32,000 bases of DNA, taken from contig CAYZRF010000004.1 of the NCBI GenBank assembly GCA_964480775.1, positions 56,816-88,815 on the forward strand, in the 5' to 3' direction. The notes below the pieces were generated by a model, which worked only from the letters and a program-made list of their open reading frames with translations, had not been told where the DNA came from and made no database searches. This document shows, in pieces, positions 25,610 to 31,987 of the stretch. Position 1 is the first letter of the stretch. Every line of letters begins with the position of its first letter. The stretch comes from an uncultured Nitrososphaerota archaeon (lineage in GTDB: Archaea > Korarchaeota > Korarchaeia > Korarchaeales > Korarchaeaceae). Made by a program: the position numbers and the translations under genes.

Positions 25610-26712
25610 CTTATAGAAGACTTGAAGTTGAGAAAAAGATCCTCCAGATAGCTTCTAAGATAAGCCAAGATATAGAACTCGGTGAATTTCCGAAGATAGA
25701 GTTTCCTCCTAACTCGGCTTCAAACATAGCCTTTGAGGAAAGCATTGGATACCTCTTTAAACCGTCCTATTACACCAGGATTGATGGTAGCCACATAAAG
25801 AGCGTAAAGACGCTTGCTGGATTGCTATATGGAATGAGTAGGGTGGTAGACCATCTAAAGAGTGGCCTTACCATGACAAAGAGAGATTTCTATTATATGC
25901 ACAAGGTTGAGAAGCTGAAGAACACGTTATTCCCAAAAGACCAAACTGAAACTGATTCTAGGATTGTACAATTGGAACTCATACTTGGAATGCCTAGAGA
26001 AGCTTTTTCCATAATAAGTGATCCAAGAGGATGGATTTACGGAGATATTGAGCTTGTAGATGCGTCTGGCTACACTATTAGAGCTGATAGGATAGGAGAG
26101 ATGGGATACTCCGTTCCTCCAGATCCAGAAAACATAGAATTTAAGAGAATAGGCGTCAAGGCCGTTATAGCCATAGAGAAGGTTGGTCCTGCTAAAAACA
26201 TGATAGAATTGAAGATTCCTGAGGAATATAGCCTAGGGATTGCGATCCTAAAAGGACAACCGTCAAGAAGCATGAGAAGATTTCTGAGGATGCTTTCTGA
26301 GCAGGGTGTGCCTATAGGAATACTAACGGACCTCTCACCCTGGTCCATAAGGATAGCTGCGACCGTCATATACAACAGCATAAGCTCTGCCCACATTCCT
26401 GGACTTGCTGTGCCTAACGCAGCTTTTCTCGGAATTGAAACGAAGGATGTGGAGGAGGGCTTCTTCAAGGACTATCAGCTTGCGTTGGAAGATCTCACTC
26501 CTCTGGACATAAAAGCTGCAAAGGACAACCTAAAACTTCCAAGCTTGCAAGGAGAGTTCTGGCAGAAGGAGAACGAATGGTTCCTTCAGAGGAAGAAGAA
26601 AGCGGAGATAGAGATCTTCAAGGCCATGTCCCCATCAGCCAAGCAGCTCAAGGATCTTTTCATAGAGTATTTACGGGAGAAATTAGATGAGAGACTGGGC
26701 GTAAGCATATAA
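25606..26712 (+). CDS. top6A: DNA topoisomerase VI subunit A (Spo11 homologue)
   Basis: 368 aa. The 5Y-CAP region carries FYY with the candidate catalytic Tyr (TKRDFYYMH). The Toprim block is VIAIEK...GILTDLSPWSIRI. The TTG start overlaps the top6B stop. Confidence 0.9.
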   Translation: MTYRRLEVEKKILQIASKISQDIELGEFPKIEFPPNSASNIAFEESIGYLFKPSYYTRIDGSHIKSVKTLAGLLYGMSRVVDHLKSGLTMTKRDFYYMHKVEKLKNTLFPKDQTETDSRIVQLELILGMPREAFSIISDPRGWIYGDIELVDASGYTIRADRIGEMGYSVPPDPENIEFKRIGVKAVIAIEKVGPAKNMIELKIPEEYSLGIAILKGQPSRSMRRFLRMLSEQGVPIGILTDLSPWSIRIAATVIYNSISSAHIPGLAVPNAAFLGIETKDVEEGFFKDYQLALEDLTPLDIKAAKDNLKLPSLQGEFWQKENEWFLQRKKKAEIEIFKAMSPSAKQLKDLFIEYLREKLDERLGVSI

Positions 26713-26914
26713 GGTTCTTTTCCCGCTTGGGCTTTCATCAAAGTTCTTAAGAGATTCCTCATTCTTTTGGAAAGTTCTCTCCAAAAACTCACTTTACTTC
26801 TTAACACATGAGAACGGAATGAATTAGAAGCATGTTCTCAACGACAAAACAACTTTAAGCATTGATAAATAAAAAGCCTCAAAAGAGTACAAAACACACC
26901 TCCTTAGAAAATGC

Positions 26915-26922
26915 TTATATAT
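26915..26922 (+). promoter_or_regulatory. TATA box upstream of tRNA-Glu
   Basis: TTATATAT lies 22-29 nt upstream of the tRNA 5' end at 26944. Confidence 0.5.
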
Positions 26923-26943
26923 TGCCTAAATCAAGCTAATGTT

Positions 26944-27021
26944 GCTCCGGTGGTGTAGTCCGGCCAAGCATAGGGGCCTTTCGAGCCCCAGACCCGGGTT
27001 CAAATCCCGGCCGGAGCACCA
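26944..27021 (+). tRNA. tRNA-Glu (UUC), CCA encoded
   Basis: GCTCCGG-TG-GTGT-AGTCCGGCCAA-GCAT-A-GGGGC-CTTTCGA-GCCCC-AGAC-CCGGG-TTCAAAT-CCCGG-CCGGAGC-A-CCA. Hand-folded cloverleaf. Confidence 0.9.
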
Positions 27022-27059
27022 ATTCATTATCAAGGATAAAAAGAGTCGTCTAAGGTTGT

Positions 27060-27181
27060 GCGGGGGTAGCCAAGCCAGGTCCAAATCTTCAAGGTTTCCC
27101 TCCTAGGGATGGCCAAAGGCGCTCGGTTCAGGGCCGAGTGGGCGTAGGCCCGCGCGGGTTCAAATCCCGCCCCCCGCACCA
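27060..27181 (+). tRNA. tRNA-Leu (CAG), class II, with an about 33-nt non-canonical intron in the D-loop; CCA encoded
   Basis: Acceptor GCGGGGG/CCCCCGC, anticodon arm CTCGG-TTCAGGG-CCGAG (CAG at 27129-27131), long variable arm TGGGCGTAGGCCCGC and T-arm GCGGG-TTCAAAT-CCCGC. The D-region AAGCCAGGTCCA...AGGC contains 33 extra nt. My best BHB-like fold has the 4-bp helix 27078-27081/27111-27114 flanked by 3-nt bulges, which places the intron at 27084-27116. Confidence 0.8.
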
Positions 27182-27399
27182 CTGGCTTTTACAATCTGGC
27201 CCGAAAGTGTTTAGATAACTCTCATCTTTCCCTTTGGGAATTAAACAACGGGTTTTTAACCTTGAAATCTATCTTAGAAGGAACTTAGGAGTCTCAGAAA
27301 CAATAATAAATCTGGCGATACCACCTTATCAAATAAACAGCAAACTTCCGATTTGTGTGAAACCAAAAGGGTTATGAATCAGATGTAGTTAATCATAGT

Positions 27400-27472
27400 A
27401 GCCCCGTGGTGTAGCGGCCAAGCACGCCGGGCTTTGGACCCGGCGACCCCGGTTCGAATCCGGGCGGGGCTA
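27400..27472 (+). tRNA. tRNA-Gln (UUG)
   Basis: AGCCCCG-TG-GTGT-AGCGGCCAA-GCAC-G-CCGGG-CTTTGGA-CCCGG-CGAC-CCCGG-TTCGAAT-CCGGG-CGGGGCT-A. No encoded CCA. Confidence 0.9.
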
Positions 27473-27524
27473 TTTTCTTATTTTACTATATTTAATTGCT
27501 TTTTTGGCATAAAAGAGACCGGAG
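27473..27524. terminator. T-rich spacer between convergent tRNA-Gln and tRNA-Arg (likely bidirectional oligo-T terminator)
   Basis: TTTTCTTATTTT and GCTTTTTTGG lie on the plus strand. TCTCTTTT and CCAAAAAAGC lie on the minus strand, immediately after each tRNA 3' end. Confidence 0.4.
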
Positions 27525-27840
27525 CGGGCCCGGCGGGACTTGAACCCGCGACCCCCGGCTCCGCAGGCCGGTGCTCTAATCCTCCTGAGCTACGGGCCCT
27601 AGTATTTCTAACACTTCCACCATTACTTAAAGTGTTCTCATGTTGTTCTCTAACGTCATGCTTAGTATTACCTTCTAATCTACTTATCCAATCTTCTAAT
27701 GCTCTTGTTAATACGGTACTTAATGATAGTCCATAATACTTGGCTTTATCATGTAGTCTTTTAGGAATAACAACTGTTGTTCTAATAGTAGGCTCCTCAT
27801 TAAACAACTCTTTTCTGCCTTTCTTAGTTCTCTTAACCAT
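27478..27840 (-). CDS. Int(N): N-terminal fragment of the split SSV-type integrase (RHH-like N-terminus), reading across attL into antisense tRNA sequence
   Basis: ATG at 27840 gives MVKRTKKGRKELFNEEPTIRTTVVIPKRLHDKAKYYGLSLSTVLTRALEDWISRLEG...NTRARSSGGLEHRPA. It then continues as antisense-tRNA read-through (EPGVAGSSPAGP...) to the stop at 27478. The track ORF begins further upstream at 27927. Confidence 0.7.
   Translation of the reverse strand: MVKRTKKGRKELFNEEPTIRTTVVIPKRLHDKAKYYGLSLSTVLTRALEDWISRLEGNTKHDVREQHENTLSNGGSVRNTRARSSGGLEHRPAEPGVAGSSPAGPAPVSFMPKKQLNIVK
27525..27599 (-). tRNA. tRNA-Arg (GCG); its 5' half is the attachment site of the integrated element
   Basis: The minus strand reads GGGCCCG-TA-GCTC-AGGAGGATTA-GAGC-A-CCGGC-CTGCGGA-GCCGG-GGGTC-GCGGG-TTCAAGT-CCCGC-CGGGCCC-G. 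Positions 27560-27599 are repeated at 31946-31985. Confidence 0.9.
27560..27601. repeat. attL (42 bp; tRNA-Arg nucleotides 1 to about 40 plus 2 upstream nt)
   Basis: TCCGCAGGCCGGTGCTCTAATCCTCCTGAGCTACGGGCCCTA is identical to 31946-31987. Confidence 0.9.
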
Positions 27841-28052
27841 ACTAATACACCTTAGACGTAAGTATGATCTTGAATGTATTAAATGTATTTTGATGCTATT
27901 GTATGATATAATGTATCGTGAAAACATGATTTTACGACATAGTATGTAATTTGCTCTAACATCATGGTCTTTACTTGATTTAATGATACATAGTTCATAA
28001 ATGAATATTCCAATATATATGAAGGTATTCAGTATAGGAAAAATGAGTAGTA

Positions 28053-28062
28053 TTTATATATA
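28053..28062 (+). promoter_or_regulatory. TATA-like box for the element ORF at 28090
   Basis: TTTATATATA lies 28-37 nt upstream of ATG 28090, in the divergent region between Int(N) and the 195-aa ORF. Confidence 0.4.
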
Positions 28063-28089
28063 GGTATACGAAATTTAATATCGAACATT

Positions 28090-28677
28090 ATGTCTAACTT
28101 GAATATTCAAGTTGAATATGAATATGTACCAAGAGCTAGTAGAAAGAAGTTACCATACACAATGAAGCACACAATTAGACTAGATAGAGAGACACTTAAG
28201 GTATTGAAGGTTCTAAGAGAGAAGTTAGGTCTACGTGATTATAGGTCTGTTATTAACTATCTAATCTTAACTGATAATGAGGTGGTAAAGAAACTTCTTT
28301 CATCAATTGATGATCCATATCAGAAACTTAAGATCTTAAGAGCTAAGAAAGTAATTGATGATCCAACTACATTAGCACTTATTGAACTACACAGTAAGAG
28401 GTCTGATAAGAAGAGACATGAACATGAGATTATAGCTGACACTAGTACACAAATAGAGAAAGTAAAGAGACTTAGAGGTAAGGAATTATATGATAGACTT
28501 CAAGAGTTGAAGGAACAAGATCAATTAATGAAAGAGAGACTAAGGAATGAGAGACTAAGACAAGATCAAATAGTTAATCTAATGATAGAATATGGTATAT
28601 CAGAGTATGATGCTAAGAGAATACTAGAACTATCTGAGACTGAGAGAAAGAAGGTTCTAACTAAACTCAAACACTAG
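28090..28677 (+). CDS. Element ORF, 195 aa: possible RHH-like N-terminal DNA-binding segment plus a highly charged coiled-coil tail
   Basis: HTIRLDRETLKVLKVLREKLGLRDYRSVINYLIL fits a beta-strand/helix/helix pattern. The C-terminal half is K/E/R-rich (KELYDRLQELKEQDQLMKERLRNERLRQDQ). No family recognised. Confidence 0.5.
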   Translation: MSNLNIQVEYEYVPRASRKKLPYTMKHTIRLDRETLKVLKVLREKLGLRDYRSVINYLILTDNEVVKKLLSSIDDPYQKLKILRAKKVIDDPTTLALIELHSKRSDKKRHEHEIIADTSTQIEKVKRLRGKELYDRLQELKEQDQLMKERLRNERLRQDQIVNLMIEYGISEYDAKRILELSETERKKVLTKLKH

Positions 28678-28707
28678 ATAAAAAAGAGAGAATAGAGGTG
28701 GTGCAAT

Positions 28708-28731
28708 ATATATAGTAGATCTCTACTATAT
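28708..28731. repeat. 24-bp palindrome TATATAGTAGA-TC-TCTACTATATA in an element intergenic region
   Basis: 11-bp perfect inverted arms with a 2-nt spacer. The half-site TCTACTATAT recurs at 28769-28778. Confidence 0.7.
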
Positions 28732-28871
28732 AAGACTAACTCAATCTACAATGACCTATATTATACTATTCTACTATATCTAGTAAGTCTATATTATATA
28801 TGTCTATCTCTAGTAAAAGATCAGACCACCGCACTCTTAGCAAAATTAAGATCTAATAGAGGTGGTACTGC

Positions 28872-29540
28872 TTGACATCAAAGCCATTTTACTATAAGAC
28901 TAAAAACAACATAGTGTTCTATTCTGTTTACTTTAGTGACCTCAAATACAAAGAAGTTTATGAATACCTTCAAACAGTGCTTTGGAGTCTTAACATAGAT
29001 GAGATACAGAAGAGCATAATGGATGATGCATTGACTGAAATACATAGAGACAGAAGAAGAAACAAACCACTACCTATTAACGCAGATCAAGGTTACTTCT
29101 TTGAAGCAGTAGTAAAAGCAGGAACACAATACCAATATATGTACAAATCTCATTATAGTGGAATAAAGTGGTATGGAGATCATGGAATACGTGCATGGTA
29201 TGGCCATAAAGGATCTGACCTAATATTATATGTCGATGACAGACCTCTAACTATTGAATGTAAGTTCTTCTTAGATTCTACATACTATAATCATATTCAC
29301 ATGAAGAATATTCTATCTTCTGACATCTTCATTACAACTGAATTATTAAAACCAAGAGATCTCATTAAGGCTAGAGTATCTGTAATGGAATGTGGTAAGC
29401 CTAAGTCTAAAGACCTTTATGACATATTGATGTGGGTAGAAACTACTTTATCTAATCACATGACTCATGAACTAGATGATATACTTAGATCAGCAATATT
29501 GAGAAAATATCCTGATAGAATAACCTTAGTAAATGACTAA
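28872..29540 (+). CDS. Element ORF, 222 aa: hypothetical, possible PD-(D/E)xK nuclease-fold signature
   Basis: TTG start preceded by the SD-like GAGGTGGT. The pattern is E (FFEAVVK), then about 40 aa, then GSDLILYVDDRPLTIECKF (D...E-x-K). This is a motif-level guess only. Confidence 0.45.
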   Translation: MTSKPFYYKTKNNIVFYSVYFSDLKYKEVYEYLQTVLWSLNIDEIQKSIMDDALTEIHRDRRRNKPLPINADQGYFFEAVVKAGTQYQYMYKSHYSGIKWYGDHGIRAWYGHKGSDLILYVDDRPLTIECKFFLDSTYYNHIHMKNILSSDIFITTELLKPRDLIKARVSVMECGKPKSKDLYDILMWVETTLSNHMTHELDDILRSAILRKYPDRITLVND

Positions 29541-29691
29541 CTGAAGTTATTACAACTTTCAAAAAGCACACAAATAACATCCTTATTAGACGACTATAAC
29601 TACAATCGTATTCCAAATAACTAGAGAAAAATATTTACTAAACAAGAGTATAGAGGAAATCCCCAAAGGGTGCAATTTTCAAGACTGTTGA

Positions 29692-29735
29692 AAATACAAA
29701 GTACAAATACTACAAATACAAAGAACAAATGAGCA
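29692..29735. repeat. Two tandem about 22-nt units rich in ACAAAT in the convergent intergenic region of the element
   Basis: AAATACAAAGTACAAATACTAC and AAATACAAAGAACAAATGAGCA match at 16 of 22 positions. The inverted copy TTGTATTTGT lies at 29799-29808. Confidence 0.6.
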
Positions 29736-29875
29736 AACTACATACAACATGATATTTGATCCAACATAGTAGACTCATCATATTAGCTACTCAGTATATT
29801 GTATTTGTTGAATGTTGAAGTTAATCCACGCTATATTATGATTAAAAATAACTCAAATGTATTCCAAGTTAACTT

Positions 29876-31024
29876 CTATTTTCTAATTTTGTTGAGTACA
29901 TATTTGATAAAGTTCTTTACAATGAAAATAATCATGGCAGACATCAATGATGCAAAGATTTTTGCAAAGATGTCTTCGATATAGAATGCAATTTTTTCTT
30001 TAAGATAATGAAGAATGAACGGAAATGCAAGGACTCCTACTAAAATTGATATAAAGATTTCAGGCTTAGCAATATATTGTAACGTTTTAAGAAACCTTAT
30101 TTTATTCTTTTGATGCCAAACTATTGGGGTTGTATGCTCTAATGCAAACATTTTGAGAGCGTCAAAATCATTACCTTCGTGATTTCTTAATTCACTTACA
30201 TAATACCTTAAATTTGTAGTTAGCATTTCCATCAATTCTTCACTATATTTAATTCGATCTATTTCATTAGGATTCTGAGAGTAGATCATTATTTTCAAAA
30301 TAGTGAAGGCATCTTTTTGAATAAGTTGAGCCGCAACTCTTTCTTCATATCTTCTGAAAACTACGAATTGCACTCCATCGTTAGTTAATTCTTTCATTTT
30401 TTCAAAACCTAAAACATTCATAATTTCCCCAAAGTTTCTATAAAGACTGTTAAGATCTGTCATGACTTTAAAAACAACTTTGTATGGCTCTTCGCGAATT
30501 GGAATACCTATTATTCTTTTAGATATGGCTGTTGATAACCAATACCCTATTAGACCGGGAAGAAAATAGTAAAACGAAACTACAATGTAGTAGAGCAAAT
30601 TCCACGTTCTATAGTACAAAATGAAATAAAATAGAAGTGATGAGATTATAGAAAAAGAAGCACAATATTTAGTATAAATTAGCGTCTCATATACAAGAGA
30701 AAGCAAAGAACCTAAAGGTACCGTTAATGTTAAAAAAAGAACTCCTATTAATAGCAAAAATTTTGCATAGAACTCTAAGGATTCAAAGTAGAAGGTTTCT
30801 CCTAGTTTTGTATAGAGAATATAAGCTGAATTACTTAGAATAAGACCAACAGCAATTGAGGTAGCTAAAGTAAATAAGCTTTTTTGGATGTTTGAATGCT
30901 CTTCTCTTACATATACGTGTTGGAACAAATCAGGATAATTTTGGAGTAATTCTATGAATGAAGATATGTCTTTTCTCTCTCTTGCTTCTTTGAGTTTCTT
31001 CCTTATTTCTACCTTATCAGGCAT
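29876..31024 (-). CDS. Element ORF, 382 aa: polytopic membrane protein with a central soluble domain, hypothetical
   Basis: A charged N-terminus is followed by about 4 hydrophobic helices (aa about 50-170), a soluble region (about 175-320) and 2 C-terminal helices. It lies 65 nt downstream of the integrase stop on the same strand. No family recognised. Confidence 0.55.
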   Translation of the reverse strand: MPDKVEIRKKLKEARERKDISSFIELLQNYPDLFQHVYVREEHSNIQKSLFTLATSIAVGLILSNSAYILYTKLGETFYFESLEFYAKFLLLIGVLFLTLTVPLGSLLSLVYETLIYTKYCASFSIISSLLFYFILYYRTWNLLYYIVVSFYYFLPGLIGYWLSTAISKRIIGIPIREEPYKVVFKVMTDLNSLYRNFGEIMNVLGFEKMKELTNDGVQFVVFRRYEERVAAQLIQKDAFTILKIMIYSQNPNEIDRIKYSEELMEMLTTNLRYYVSELRNHEGNDFDALKMFALEHTTPIVWHQKNKIRFLKTLQYIAKPEIFISILVGVLAFPFILHYLKEKIAFYIEDIFAKIFASLMSAMIIFIVKNFIKYVLNKIRK

Positions 31025-31089
31025 CTCTTAACTAACTTTTTCTTAAAGATTTTTTGATATAAAAGCATCTTTATGCTTGCGTAAGAAAC

Positions 31090-31926
31090 TCAAGTTAGTA
31101 CTTTAGGATTAGCTCTTTGATATATTTCTCTTAGAACATCTATTGAATAATCAGCATAGTGTCTAGCAATAACGCCTTTAGGTATTCTACCACAGAAGGC
31201 ATCTATGTAATGTGATGGTACTCCTTTCTTAGCTAACTCTACATTAAACCATAACCTACAAGTCTTCAATGTTATGTTAAGACCAGTCTTCTTTATAGCC
31301 TTATGAAATATGTATGAGTCTTTACCACATGAATATGGAAATAGTCTATTAGACCTAGTCTTTCTAGTTCTCAGATATTTCTTTAGCACATGTAAAGCTT
31401 CATCATTACAGAAAGTTATGAATGAATGTTTGGTTCTAGATCCATCATAGCACTTAGGAATGATAAGACCAGTATCTACGTCTATATCATCTACTGTAAG
31501 ACTCAATAGCTCTTTCTTTCTTAGTCCACTAGTACAAGCAACTAGGAATAATGCTTTCTCTTTCAACGTATCCAATGCATTATAGAATGTTCTTAGTTGT
31601 TCAATACTAGGCACTCTCTTAGGTGTATATGTCTTAGGTGGATACTTGAAACCATCAAGTAAGTTTTCTCTATTCACATACCTAAAGACATGCTTTAGAC
31701 TTGCTAAGTAGTTCTTGTATGTTCCACTAGACTTAGTGTTCTTGATCGATAATAAGAACTCTCTTATATTCTCTTTACTTGCTATATATGGATTGTATTT
31801 CTCTAGAAACTTCTTAGCTACTCTAATAGTCTGAAGCATTGTTCTCTTACTAAGTTGTAAATCAACTAGTAGGTATGTCTTGAACTCATCTATATTGAAC
31901 TCATCTATACAGTCTCCATTTTGCAT
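31090..31926 (-). CDS. Int(C): catalytic C-terminal part of the SSV-type tyrosine recombinase
   Basis: 278 aa from the internal ATG. The frame stays open upstream through attR to the window end. ACTSGLRKKELLSL (catalytic Arg) and KTCRLWFNVELAKKGVPSHYIDAFCGRIPKGVIARHYADY align by eye to the SSV1 integrase blocks ALESGVRLSEIL and [39 protein letters not shown]. Confidence 0.85.
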   Translation of the reverse strand: MQNGDCIDEFNIDEFKTYLLVDLQLSKRTMLQTIRVAKKFLEKYNPYIASKENIREFLLSIKNTKSSGTYKNYLASLKHVFRYVNRENLLDGFKYPPKTYTPKRVPSIEQLRTFYNALDTLKEKALFLVACTSGLRKKELLSLTVDDIDVDTGLIIPKCYDGSRTKHSFITFCNDEALHVLKKYLRTRKTRSNRLFPYSCGKDSYIFHKAIKKTGLNITLKTCRLWFNVELAKKGVPSHYIDAFCGRIPKGVIARHYADYSIDVLREIYQRANPKVLT

Positions 31927-31945
31927 AATAACGTCTTTATTGGTA

Positions 31946-31987
31946 TCCGCAGGCCGGTGCTCTAATCCTCCTGAGCTACGGGCCCTA
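31946..31987. repeat. attR (42 bp; orphan 5' half of tRNA-Arg without the 3' half)
   Basis: Identical to 27560-27601. The sequence to its left (TTATTGGTA) is not tRNA-like, so this is not a second tRNA gene. Confidence 0.9.

Larger units (their letters stand above)
27560..31987. mobile_element. Integrated element with a partitioned SSV-type integrase, inserted in tRNA-Arg(GCG) (circular equivalent 4386 bp)
   Basis: Perfect 42-bp direct repeats at 27560-27601 and 31946-31987. The interior is visibly much more AT-rich than the flanks. Integrase N- and C-terminal fragments abut the two repeats in the same reading frame. Confidence 0.85.

Noticed and set aside
26808-26840. Inverted repeat TGAGAAC (19-nt loop) GTTCTCA downstream of top6A, a possible small RNA or terminator hairpin
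   Set aside because: It is only a 7-bp stem with no flanking conserved boxes (no C/D or H/ACA motifs). This is insufficient to call a feature.
27434-27736. 100-aa plus-strand ORF
   Set aside because: It spans the 3' part of tRNA-Gln, the spacer and the antisense of tRNA-Arg (GPAGLEPATPGS), then runs antisense to Int(N). It is not a plausible gene.
27740-27949. 69-aa plus-strand ORF, and 29799..29984 (61 aa)
   Set aside because: The first is antisense to Int(N) and its promoter region. The second overlaps the 3' end of the 382-aa membrane protein gene in AT-rich sequence, where random ORFs are frequent. Neither has supporting signals.
28680-29875. CRISPR-like array among the element repeats
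   Set aside because: The repeats are 9-24 nt, irregularly spaced and AT-rich, with no uniform repeat-spacer periodicity and no cas genes. They are not a CRISPR array.
31946-31987. A second tRNA-Arg gene at the right end of the window
   Set aside because: Only the 5' half (acceptor 5' strand, D-arm and anticodon 5' side) is present. The adjoining sequence has no T-arm or 3' acceptor strand, so this is an att duplication, not a gene.
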